Assembly: GCF_018977255.1 (NCBI RefSeq)
Contig: NW_024704742.1
Location: 12,216,001 to 12,280,000, forward strand
Direction of reading: 5' to 3'
DNA: 64,000 bases
DNA from: Callorhinchus milii
Taxonomy: Eukaryota
A program made the position numbers and the translations under genes. Of the stretch, positions 14,001 to 26,460 are shown piece by piece. Positions within the stretch are counted from its first letter, which is position 1; each line of letters opens with the position of its first letter. A model generated the notes under the pieces. The model worked only from the letters and a program-made list of their open reading frames with translations, was not told the DNA's origin and ran no database searches.

Positions 14001-15055
14001 CCACCCACCTACCTCCATACACATATACCCACCCACCTACCTCCACACACACACCTACCTCCACACACACCCATCCACCTACCTCCACACACACCCAACC
14101 ACCTACCTCCACACACACACCTACCTCCACACACACACACCTACCTCCACACACACACACACCTACCTCCACACACACAGACCTTCCTCCACACACACCC
14201 ACCCATCTACCTCCACACACCCACACCCACCTACCTCCACACACACACACAGACACACGCCCATCTACCCACCTCCACACCCACCCACCTCCACACACAC
14301 ACCCACCCACTCACCTCCACACACACACCCACCTACATCCACACAGACACGCTCACCCACCCACCCACCCACCTACCTCCACACACACACACACCCACCT
14401 ACCTCCACACACACACACACACCTACCTACCTCCACACACACACACCTACCTCCACACACACACACCTACCTCCACACACACACACCTACCTCCACACAC
14501 ACACACCTACATCCACACACACACACACGCTCACCAACCCACCCACCTACGTACCTCCACACACGGACACACCCACCTACCTACCTACCTACCTCCACAC
14601 ACACACCCACCCACCTACCTCCACACACACACCCACCCACCTACCTCCACACACACACACATACCCACCTACCTCCACACACACACCTACCTCCACACAC
14701 ACACCTACCTCCACACACACACACACACACCTACCTCCACACACACACCTACCCACCTACCTCCACACACACACACCCACCTACCTCCACACACACACAC
14801 CCACCCACCTCCACACATACACCCACTCACCTCCACACATACACCCACTCACCTCCACACACACACCCACCCACCTACATCCACACACACACACGCTCAC
14901 CCACCCACCCACCTACCTACCTCCACACACACACACCTACCTACCTCCACACACACAGACACACGCCCATCTACCCACCTCCACACATACACCCACCCAC
15001 CTCCACACATACACCCACTCACCTCCACACACACACACACACACCCACACATACA
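11041..15055. repeat. About 4-kb CA-rich compound tandem repeat (CACCTACCTC(CA)n) with higher-order duplications
   Basis: Directly visible. The marker GAGCTC recurs at 12305, 12738 and 13958. Confidence 0.97.
11333..11648 (-). mobile_element. Young full-length tRNA-head SINE inserted in the CA repeat
   Basis: Nearly identical to copies at 36660-36982, 47023-47335 and 58892-59203. Confidence 0.95.
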
Positions 15056-15059
15056 GGTC

Positions 15060-15514
15060 CGCATCGGAGTGCTTTCTGGGCACATCACCTGCACGCGTGC
15101 ACTCAATTATTATTTTGATTTGTTTTTGGAATGGGATCTAAAATGTGGCAATTGTTAGTACAAATTATAAATGGTAAATGATTCCGACCTCTGCTCCCTG
15201 ACTCGCTGCTCTGTCAGGGGGTTGTGTGAGGGCGGGGAGTTCCTGAGGTTTTAGTCATCGGAAGGGAATCGTCCTTTCTGACCTGAATCCTTATCAAGTG
15301 TTAGAAATCACTGCAGAAGACCCCGGTGACCTTCCCGGATGGATTTCGCTCAACTAACTTCAATCAAAACAGTGAGATTATTTTTCTCCCTATTTCCCTG
15401 TGCATCAGTCTGTTTCCTTTCACCATTAAGGTGTACTTAATCAGTGTCGCTCCAGGGGTTCTCTTACATCATTTCACAATGCTTTATTCAACGCTTACTC
15501 AGATCTCGGTAAGT
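15060..15514 (+). promoter_or_regulatory. Candidate promoter and non-coding first exon of the ABCA-like gene
   Basis: Locally CpG-richer. GC box GGGCGGGG at 15230-15237, TGACCT half-sites at 15279 and 15327, CTTATCA at 15290, and a consensus donor G|GTAAGT at 15509. Acceptors at 16576 and 16616 lie upstream of the ATG. Confidence 0.4.
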
Positions 15515-16652
15515 AGCCTGAAGTTGGGTATCAACAGCAGTGCTGTTGGCATTGTACACTCAACAGAGCAGTGTATTTTACCATAATTTCTGTGCTGACT
15601 GACAGCTAAATGTGTGATGGCCGTTTGAGCAGCAACGACTCTTAAAGCTACACAATCAAAATTAATCTGCATTTCAGGCACTGCCGTGCACCACAGAGAC
15701 TTGAGTACTCTTTACACTAATCAATAAGACATTTCCAGTTTGGATTTTTGCAAAATTGCAATAAAATTCTTCAGACAATGAACTTTTGACTTAAATTTCA
15801 TTCAAATAAACGAGAATCAATAAACGTCTTAAATTAAAAGTCAAGTCCAATGTCTTCACAGTTGTTGCTGATTTTCTCGGTTCTCTCTTTTTCTTATTCT
15901 ATGAATTCTTCAACACTGTTTCAACTTCACTACTTGTTTTATAAAATAATCCACAATTCAGTTAGTATCTAACATTTCTTTGATCTCTTTTCTTGCCTAA
16001 TGTATGTACCATATTTTGACATGGGAACTAATTGGCACGAAGTTTGTAGACCCTAAATAAATTTATTTTGGTTTGGATTTTCTCATTCTTTGAGTGACGT
16101 TCAATCTCCACTTACCTCCTATCTTATCCCTTCTATTTATTTTATCTTGGAATTATTACACTGTTTTATTATCAATACATTTGTCTCTTGTCACTTCAGT
16201 GCTTTCTGCTTTGAACAGCCCAGATCCATATATAACCTCAGTGAATTAGGAAATGATCATTCTGTTGTTCAGGATGTAAATATTATCGTTTAGCAGTATC
16301 TTGAGATATTTTCCCCTGTGGATATACTATTTATATATCATCAGTGCCTTGGGACGTCCTCCTGACCCGAAAGGCTACACAAATGTAATGTTGTCATTAT
16401 TTTGTTGTACATGGAGATTTAATTCTTAAAAATTAGAGGGATTTCATTCTAATCTAATTTTGCTCTCCTATGTTATGGCCTTTGAAATTGTCTTTCGTCA
16501 ACATCTTTCTTTTTTAATCTCACATAAGAAGCTAGTCAAAACTGTATAGTGAATTCATGTTCTATTCCTTCTCCAGGATTTATTAAAGACTCCCTTTCAT
16601 AACAATCCTTCCCCAGGATTGGATTTTTGAAGCGAACCTCTGGTGGACAATT

Positions 16653-16718
16653 ATGGGTCTTCTGGTACAGCTTCGACTTCTACTGTGGAAAAATGTCATC
16701 CTTCGAAAGAGACAGAAG
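16653..16718 (+). CDS. ABCA1/4/7-subfamily transporter, coding exon 1 (MGLLVQLRLLLWKNVILRKRQK)
   Basis: ATG at 16653 and the ABCA N-terminal QLxLLLWKN..RKRQ motif. 66 nt, the size of the first coding segment of ABCA1/ABCA4. GT donor at 16719. Confidence 0.95.
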
Positions 16719-16719
16719 G

Positions 16720-17746
16720 TAACAACAACCAAATTACATTTGTATAGCGCATCTTATGTCAGGCGGACGTCCCAAAGGGCTGGACAGACAGAGTTATGGA
16801 CCCAATCCGGTGGTCAGGGTGGAGGGCAGGTGGGGAAACAGTGAGATCGAAAGCATGGTCGAAGAGGATGGTCTTGAGATAGGTCTTGAAGGTGGCAAGG
16901 GAGGCGGTGAGGTGGAGGGATTGCGGGATGGAGTTCCAGAGGGTGGGGTCAGAGTGGCAGAAGGCCCGCCCACCAATGGTGGGGCGATCGAAGCGGGGGA
17001 CGTAAAGCAGGCTGGAGCCCGCTGAGCAGAGGGAGCGAAAAAGATGGTAGGGGTTTAGGAAGTCACAGAGGTATGGGGGAGCAAGACCATGGAGGGCTTT
17101 GAAGGTGAGGACCAGGATCTTGAACTGTATCTTCTGTGTGATGGGAAGCCAGTGGAGTTGGGCGAGGATGGAGGTGATAGGGTTCGGAGCCTGGTGCGGA
17201 AGAGGACGTGGGTTGCAGAGTTCTGGATAATCTGCAGCCTATGGAGGGAGGAGTTGGGTAGGCTGACAAGCAGTGAGTTTGCAGAATCAAGTCTCAATGT
17301 AATGAAAGTATATATGAGGGTTTCGGCGGCCTGTGGTGTGAGACAGTGGCGGAGATGGGGAAAGCAGAGCGGGTCATGGCGCAGATGTGGGGTAGAAAAG
17401 ATAGTTGAGGGTCAAAAGAAGACCCCAAGGTTCCAGACTGGCTTAGCAAGGTGGAGTGTGCAACCATGGATGGTGATGCTGTCAGCGCCTGAGGTGAGGA
17501 GGCGCTGACGGGAGCCAATCAGGAGGGCTTTACTCTTGTTGACGTTCAACTGAAGAAAGTTAGCTCTCATCCAGGACTTGGTGTCTGACAGACAGTAGTG
17601 GTCCTGGAATCAAGGGTGGAGGCAGAGAGGTAGAGTTGGGTGTCATCCGCATACATGTGGACCCCATGTCTGGGGATGATGTCACCAAGAGGGAGCATAT
17701 AGATATTGAAGAGGAAGGGACCAAAGACAGAGCCCTAAGTAACACC
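16720..17746 (-). mobile_element. 5'-truncated L2 LINE starting inside the exon-1 splice donor
   Basis: (AAC)n tail at 16721, then 3' UTR and ORF2 RT remnants. Confidence 0.92.
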
Positions 17747-19141
17747 TAAGTATGATGTGCATTTTCAAAGCAGCTATAATTTTCTGAAAATTCATAGCAA
17801 CAACGTAAAAGCTTCCTTTACCTCTTTTTAACTTTGCATGAATTTCTTTTATGTGCAAAAAAAATGAAAGTGAGTGAGCACTACTGCAATTATAGAGAAT
17901 GTTTGTAAGTATTCCTATGGAGAATTATTTACTTTAGCCACTCAATCTTAGACAGCACATCCTAGCCTTGGGGAGTGCTTAGCAATGATTCGCTTGGTCA
18001 ATACCTAGGATTTAGGTGCTTAGCTATGATGAGAGCTTTATAGGTTATATTTCTAAGAGCTGAGGTTAAGAGATGATCTCCTTGAGCTGCTTGTATAAAA
18101 AAGTAAAAGAAAAAGCTTGGTAGTAGATGATTCTTCCTCTGATAGAGGAATCTAATTACACCTAAGCAGATCAGGAGATGTGACTTCACAGAGGCTTGTG
18201 TGAGTGGAGAATGCGCCAATCCAAAATGGCAGTAGTGAAAAAGTGAAATCCATGGCGATGTTAAAAGGGAGATAGCTAATACTTGAGAACTGATAGCTAA
18301 TAGTTGAGTATGGGGCTAAAAACGCAATGCCACTATCAAAATTAGCCAAAATTCAGCTGCCTTTAAATTTATTTCCATAGATGTCACTCAGACAGATTTG
18401 AATCTGACAATTATGCATATAAGGCATATGCTAAATCACGTGAAACACTTTTATTCCTAAAAGCCCATTGAATATCTATGCCATAAAGATCAGGAAGATC
18501 CTCATTTTGTTGATGGGTCACTGTAAGAGAAATTCAGCTGATCTCCGCTTTCCAAAATATCAATAAACATCACCCTTATATTCCCATCACCATTATATTC
18601 CCATCATCAAGTTGTTCCGTAAATTAATGCAGTATCTTGGCATCATTAACCTTTTAGATAAACTGGTCCAGCTATTCATTTACAATTCATGCAAGCTATA
18701 CTTCCTGAAATCTATCCTAACTATGCCCTTCGCAACCCTGAACCTGTGATCTCTTGACCACCTGCCTCTACTTGGGTGAGAAATTGGATTTTTAGTCCAA
18801 GAAAATAAAACAGATGCCTTCAGCAGAGGAGGGAAGAAAATTGTAAAGTAATGACATTTTATGATTAAAATATTGCAAATTTGTGAGAGGTGAATGTGAT
18901 CCAGCGCCTTGGGATGTCATCCCGATGTGAAAGGTGCTATACAAATGCAATTTGTTGTTGTTCTAATTAAAAAGAAAATGTTTCACATAGTTGATTATGT
19001 AATGTTGATGAATCCTACGGTGCCAGCTTCTTTTCCTTATCAAGATGTCAGCATAATCCACTAAATAGAATAGAAATTATATTAGTTATCTGTCATTTTA
19101 TTTTATAATTTTATAATACATTTTATTATTTTTGTTTCAAG

Positions 19142-19235
19142 ATTCGCCTGATAATTGAATTTCTTTGGCCACTGTTCCTTTTCTTCATTCTGGTTTGGGT
19201 TCGGTCAACTAGTCTACCAATAAATAAAGGACAAT
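19142..19235 (+). CDS. ABCA-like coding exon 2, TM1 (IRLIIEFLWPLFLFFILVWVRSTSLPINKGQ)
   Basis: Acceptor tttgtttcaag, donor gtgagt. 94 nt, phase 0 to 1. Carries the ExxWP TM1 motif. Confidence 0.95.
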
Positions 19236-19719
19236 GTGAGTATATCCCAAAACAAAACTGTAAAAGGTAGACATCACTGAAAGGCCTACATGTTAAATTG
19301 GAGAAATATACAAGTATAAGCTTATCTCAGTTGGAAGCACTCTTGCCCCTTGATCAGAAGGTAATGCATTTAAGTTCTACTTTTGGATTTTGAGCTCAGT
19401 CTTGTCTGACACTTCAGTGCAATGCTGTGCTGTATTTTTAGAGATCACATGACACAATTCAAAAAGTTAAGCGAGTTTCTCCTGGTATCCTGGACAACAA
19501 TACATCAGATATAATTGATCATTTACTTCATTCATTGATGTACGTAGGATATTTCTGTGTGCAAATTGGCTGCCGATTTCACTGATCAATACTTAGTCTA
19601 ACACTTCACAGTGTAAATCCTATATGAAGGATTTATTAAATATGAGAATTATTATTATGTGTTATTATTTCACAACTTGTCCAAAAGGTGACACCTCCAG
19701 CATTCTTCCAGTGCTGCAG

Positions 19720-20205
19720 AAACATAGAACATAGAAACAGGAGTAGGCCATTCAACCCCTTGAGCCTGTTCCACCATTCTATAAGATCATGGTTGATCTG
19801 TATTTCAAGTCCCATTACGCACCCTTGCCCTGTATCCCTTTATACCCTGACCTAACAAGTATCTATCCACCTCAGTCTTGAAGATGTGAATGGATCCAAC
19901 ATCCACAGCCTTTTGGAGGCGAGAATTCCAGATTTCCACAACCCTTTGAGTTAAAAACTGCCTCCTAATTTCACTCCTAAATGGTTTAGCTCTAATTTTA
20001 AGATTACACCCCCTTGTTCTGGATTCCCCTACCAGTGAAAATAGTTTTTCTGTATCTACTCTATTGAATCCCTTTTCTTATTTTAAAAACCTCAATCAGA
20101 TCACCCCTCAACCTTCTAAACTCAAGGGAATCGAAACCAAGTTTACGCAATCTGTCCTCACAACTTAACTCTTTAAGGCCTGAAATCATTCTGATGAATC
20201 TGTGC
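19720..20205 (-). mobile_element. CR1 LINE 3' fragment
   Basis: (AACATAG)n tail and similarity to 23323-23598 and 24786-24990. Confidence 0.82.
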
Positions 20206-20654
20206 TATACTGGAGTATCAGCCTTTTGAGCACATTGCTAGAACCCACAGCCTTTTGACCAAGTAGAAGATGATGCCAATTTGCTGGTGTTGAGAATGAT
20301 ATTTAAAACGCTAGATTATTGTTGTCTTTTTGTATTGGGAATTGAATTGCAAAGCTGTAATTAAGTCAAGCTGAACATTAATAAATTATGGTCAGCAACT
20401 CTACATATTGTGCACTATATGCTTTGGTAAATAAAAGTAACTGGCCTTCAGTTGACTTCTCTGAAATTCTTTCAAATCTCACACCTTGCAAACCATGCCT
20501 TCAGTTAACATTCTTAATTCCCCCTTTTCCTGCTTGCTGATCTCCATTATATCTGTTAAGGGATTGGAGGACAATGATTCTTTGTGAAAGGTACTTTAGA
20601 AGTGCAAAATGTTGTTGAGATTGCTGTAGCTTTTCCTTTTCATTTGTTAACTTT

Positions 20655-21008
20655 CCTGTAGCACAGTGGTTAGAACACTTAACTCACAAGCGAGAGACCT
20701 GGGTTCTATTCCTGGCAGGACGAAATATTGTGCAAGTTTCCTTATTCCACACTCCTCTGTTTACTTAGCACTAAGTAGGAACACAGTTGTTAGTCGATTG
20801 GCAGATCGCATTTCCGGGGATAATAATCCCTCAACAACAAAAAATAATAACTTGATCACTCAATTTGGTCACGACTGTTTGTGGGACACTGCTATAGTTG
20901 GCTGCCACGATTCGCCCAGAAAAATACAGTCAATTCACTTTACAGTATATTCTGTGAAGCGCTTTGAGATGTCTAGAAGACATGAAATACAAGGATTATT
21001 ATTATTAA
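20655..21008 (+). mobile_element. tRNA-head SINE
   Basis: Head, body and tail match the family. Confidence 0.88.
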
Positions 21009-23322
21009 TTACAAATTTAGTGTACCTGTAGTTCCCTTTGTACATGGTTTACAGAACTCGTACAATAGATCCCAATGTCACGCTGCAAATGAAGAAGGAA
21101 TAACATGATTTTAAATGCCTCCCCAGCGTACTGTTACATCATGAAAATAATGAGCACGATTTAAATTCCAATTAAAGTGCTGGCCTCCAGGGGTAGTTCT
21201 GTAATTTCACATCAGGACAGCATTAAAAAAAATTCAACTCTCAATAAACATTATCAAGATTCACATATACTTGAAGGTCAGGAATTTAATTTCCATTGGA
21301 TAATCTCCCGTGGCCAAAATATCAAAAATCAGTGTAAGAATCTGCAATGGCTTGGCATTGTGGCACCTTAATGCAAAGACCCAATTACATTAATTACAAC
21401 ACAACCACATTGAATGACAGTTTCCCCCATAATTTCCCCAGAAATATTCAACAGCAGATGCTGACACAAACTAGTGGATTTTGTGGATTACCATAAACGT
21501 TTTTAAACGTTTAATAATCTCTGGATTATTACTGACTTTTTCTCCAGTGATTTAATGGCCATGTCAACATGATTTTGATATTTTTTAATGAATTAAATTC
21601 ACCTCCGCTGCCAACCTTTCTTCAAGCTGTAAACTCCTTCTTGAATAAAATGTAGAGCAACAATGATGACATTTATTCTCAAAGTCATTCACTGTCATAA
21701 ATGGCATGTTGTTTAATCTACATCTTTGATTTGGATTTCTTGCATGCAACAACAAATTGCAGGAGTAGGAAGAAATAGAAGTGCACAATTAAATGTTTCT
21801 ACAACGACAACAACAACAACTTGCATTTGTTGGCCAATGGTGAAGAAGGAATATAATGAGGAGAAGGAGAAGTTAAACGTGCATATTTCTGTAATTGGAA
21901 ATTTCTCAGCATGGTGTTATCAGTCTGAATCCATCTTAAATGTTTTGTTCTATTTGGTCACTCAAGGTACATTGTGACTGTAAACTAAGCTTGGATTCCA
22001 TGGTACCTGCTTAGAAAGGCAAACATAGATTGGATCTATAGGACTTTTTTGATCGTGCTTATGGTCATCTCCCCCCTCCCTGTCCTCCAAGCTTAAGGTC
22101 AGATTCCGCCACTGTCAAGCGCTCTGGGATGCCTCCCCACATGAAGGGCGCTATATAAATGCAAATTGTTGTTGTATCTGCTGCTGAATCTGATGAAACT
22201 TCATTCTATTGTGCAAAGATGACTTGATCTGATTTATCGCAGACCTCGGCTTGTAACGCAGTCACTTAAAAATCCTCGGTCACTTAAACATTTGAGCACA
22301 CACACCACTGCTAAATTACGCGCACTAGCCCTCCATCAAACAAAAAATTCAGACTCCCACAATTGATTTCACAGAAACTTAGATCCCTAAAAAGCACTAT
22401 TTCTCTTATTCTTTCCATTTATAACAGCAAGTTTTTTTTTCATGCCTATGACACACAAAACGCACATTAAAGTATATATTGTGAAGCACTTTGAGACATC
22501 CTCCCAATGTGAAAGACGCTTTTCCAAATGTAAGGATTATTTTGGCTAACTGCAGAGTTATTGTACATATTTAAATATCAAAATAATCTCTTTCGGACAG
22601 AGAAAGTCCAGATGGACAAAACAGATTATACTTGGCAAAAGGATTGAAGGAACAATTGGACAATTTTCTTCATTTTGGAAATAAATGCTAATTTACAGAC
22701 AAAAAAAGCAGCAATCTCTTCCAAAAGACTCCTTACATCTCACGCAAATAGGGTTTGTGACAATAACTTAAACTTGTTCCCTGAAATAATTTCTTGCAAA
22801 TTTCATTACACAAACAGCCAAAAAACACAATTTTATATTTTTAACTTAATAGATTTGCTATGATGCATGGCTTAATGCAGAGTAAATCTTAAGATTAATA
22901 GAGGTTAGATTGATTAAAAAATAGATATTGTCCAGAGATAGAAACACAATAGAAACACAAGTTCATTGATCGTGAAGTTTACAGGATACATATATAATGC
23001 TACTTATATACTAATTATTCTAATTTACATTTACTTACATGATCAAACTAAATTGACTGTTGGGTGGATTTTTTTGAATAATTTCTAACATTATTGCAAA
23101 GTTGATATTTAGTGTCAAACAGCTCTTTGTTAGATCTCTGTGAATGTGTTAGATTCCAAATTCCAAATTATATTGTCTGCCATAAATAAGACGTGGAATA
23201 AAATTGAATATATAATAGTTCTGCTGAAATATGGACCCATTTTGAGGACATTAGGCTACAATGTAATTTTGTTCCTCATTCCCTACAGCAAAATAGCCCT
23301 TCAAATGTCATTATCTATACAA

Positions 23323-25810
23323 ACATAGAAACAAGAGTAGGCCCTCGAGCCTGTTCTGCCATTCTATAAGATCATGGCTAATCTGTACCTCAAGTTCAAG
23401 TACCCACCCTTGTCCTGTATCCCTTAATACCCTGACATATGAAACAGCTATCCACCTCAATCATGAAAATGTGAATGGATCCAACATCCACAGCTTATGG
23501 GGGAGAGAGTTCCAGATTTCCACTACTCGTTGGGTGGAAAACTGCTTCCTGATTTCACTTCTGAATGGCCTAGCTCTAATTTTAGGATTATGCCCCTTAC
23601 TTTCCTTACTCTACACACACGCTTCTTGTTACCTAGCAATAAGTTGGAACCTGCTTGTTAGCTGATTGGTGGATCGAATTCTGGGAGTATTAATACCTTC
23701 AAAACAATAATAATATGGTCACTCAATCCACGACTGTTTGTGGAATGTTGCTGTGCACAATTGACTGCTGGATTTCGCCCACAAATATACAGTCACTACA
23801 CTTTACAGTATATTCTGTGAAGTGCTTTGAAACTTCTCAACAACATGATAATGCAAGGATTATTAGTATAATTAATACTCTGAGATGTTAGGACATCGTA
23901 AAGTGTGATCAAAACATGTGAGTGCTCGGAGGGTAGGTTAGTTGCCACAAAACTCAATCGCTACGGTGTGAGGGGGTGCATTTAAATTGGATACTGTTCA
24001 ATGCTGAGTAAGTTCTTGGAATATGTCAGTCATTGACTATGAAAATCTCACCGAGTGAGTGGCTTAAACAATGTCTAGTTCACTGACTGCTTCTGAAATA
24101 TTTCTCACTCTCTCCTCCTCCCCCCACACCCCGCCGCCACTACTGAGCTTTCTCTTGGTGTTGGAGGTCAGATCTGAAAATAATATTTTCAAACCTCAAA
24201 TAAGTTCCAAGAAGTGAGGTGTGACGCTTTGGGGAAGCGTGTATGTGTGGTTGAGGTGTGAGCTAGTTATCTCTCAGCTGCAAACGAGCACACATATCCG
24301 TTTTAGTAGGCGACTGAGGAACAGGAAGCAATATGATTCTTTTTGTCTCAGCCTTACCCCAACAAATCGAGTTCAAGATCCTCTTTCTCATCTTTGCATT
24401 TATCTTCACATCTATTTCCCTCCTCCGCCACCCCGCCCAGTAATCAATAGTCTGGTAGCATAGTGGTAGAGCACTCGGAAGCGAGAGGACCTGGGTTTGA
24501 TTCCCGGGCAGGTCGAAACCTTAGGCAATTTTCCTTACTCCACGCACATGCCTCTGTTTACCTAGCAATAAGTAGGAACCTGCTTGTTAGTTGGTGGATT
24601 GCTTTCTGGTGGTAATAATCCCTTCAAAATAATAATAATATGGTCACTTAATCCACGACTGTTTGTGGGACGTTGCCTTGAATAATTGGCGTTTGCCCAA
24701 AACGTATACAGTCACTACAGTTTACAGTATATTCTGTGAAGCGACCTGATAAGGCGCTATAATCAACTGCAAGGATTATTAGTTATAATTTTGAACATTA
24801 TGCCCCCTTGTTCTGGATTCTCCACCAGAAGAAATAGTTTCTTTGTAGCTACCCTATTATTATTTCAAAGACCTCAATCAGATCACCCCTCAACCTTCTG
24901 ACCTCAAGAGAATAGAGACCAAGTTTACACAACTTGTCCTCACAATTTAACCCTTTAAGACCTGGTATAAATCTGGTGAATCTGCATTGCACCCTCTCCA
25001 CAGCCAATATATTTTTCCTGAGGTGCAGTGCCCAAAATTGAACGCAGTAATCCAGATGGGTTCTGACCAAGTCTTTATACAGTTGAAGCATCATTTATAT
25101 AGTTGAAGCTCCCCTTTATATTCCTTTATATTTATATATAATATGTTATATATATTATATATATTACATTATATATATATTGTGAAAAGCTGAGGCCCCA
25201 GTACAGACCCCTGGGGAACACTATTTGTCACATCCCGCCAATCAGAGAAAGTTCCTTACATCACTACTCTCTGTTTCCTGCCTCCCAACCAATTGCCAAG
25301 CCACGTTGCAAGGTTACCTCCGAATCCATGCGCTTTTATTTTTGCTAATAATCTCTTGTGCGGAACCTTATCAAATGTCTTCTGGAAGTCCATGTAGACG
25401 ATATCCATAGACACATTCTTATCCACCATGTTAGTGATCTCCTCAAAAAATTTGATTAGATTCATCAGATATGACCTACCCTCACAAATTCATGCTGATC
25501 CTCTTTGATTAGCTCATACTTATCCAAGTGCTCAGTCACTCTGTCCCTAATGAGAGATTCCACTAACTTCCCCACAACTGAAGTTAAGCTGATGTCTTTA
25601 GTTACCTGGTTTCTCCCTCCCTCCCTTCTTAAATGATGGAATGATATTTGCAATTCTCCATCCAAGGACACAATTCCCGAATACAGAGAGCTTTGGAAAT
25701 TTATGACTAACACATCTACAGTTTCCTCCCCCATTTCTTTTAATACCCTAGGGTGGAATCTATTAGGTCTGGGAGTTTTGTCAATCTTTAATTCCATTAT
25801 TTTCTCCATT
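23323..25810 (-). mobile_element. CR1 LINE (23323-23598 plus 24786-25810) split by a SINE-unique-SINE insert
   Basis: RT peptides YMDFQKTFDKVPHKRLL and YCVQFWA. The two parts are collinear with the copy at 19720-20205. SINEs at 23600-23870 and 24450-24785 (+). Confidence 0.85.
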
Positions 25811-26318
25811 ACCGTATTTTATTTACACCTATCCATTTAGAACTTTTTGTCTTTTTTTAGGTTCCCTTCTACCGCTAGTATTTTGTCCTTTTCCTCTACT
25901 GTGAAAACAGAAGCAAAGTATTCATGAGAGTTAGCTGGTGCACAGAAAGTCTCCCAGCCTGTTGTCCGCTATGCTCATACATGAAGAGTGTCCCCTTGCA
26001 CAATGTACCAGAGGGTGTTTGGCACATATGGAACTATGCGTTAACATGAATTAGTGCCCTTCAAGCTAAAAGAGAGGGTGGTGGGATAAAGAGAGAAAAC
26101 CAGATGGTAATTAAAAAAAGTGTTAATTCAAAACAGTGAAAACGATGGCATCCTCTGGCAGTTTCCCATTTTTGGGGGGGAGTCTATTAAAAAGTCATTA
26201 GTATCACATTTGTGATTGGGGCTGTGAAGCTCATATGAGTTTTAGAAAAGATAGTAAACTGATGTACAGGATTCTGAGAATTGTTGCAGACCTTTTTACT
26301 ATTCTGTTGCTGTGGCAG

Positions 26319-26460
26319 GTCATTATCGGAATAAGGCATTGCCTTCTGCTGGTGTATTGCCATGGATGCAGGGTATCATCTGCAACATGAACAATCCTTG
26401 TCTCAATTACCCAACCCCAGGAGAGGCACCAGGTCAAGTAAACAACTTTGATACCTCACT
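26319..26460 (+). CDS. ABCA-like coding exon 3 ([47 protein letters not shown])
   Basis: AG acceptor, gtgagt donor. 142 nt, phase 1 to 2. Highly conserved NKAxPSAG.LPW.QGI.CN.NNPC...PTPGE.PG motif. Confidence 0.97.

Noticed and set aside
11630..15141. 1162-aa and 398-aa His/Thr/Pro-rich ORFs
   Set aside because: Artefact of a CA-rich repeat that rarely forms stop codons. The ATG lies inside an antisense SINE head.
15318..15332. LXR DR4 element as in the ABCA1 promoter
   Set aside because: AGACCC-cgg-TGACCT has a 3-nt spacer and a poor first half-site.
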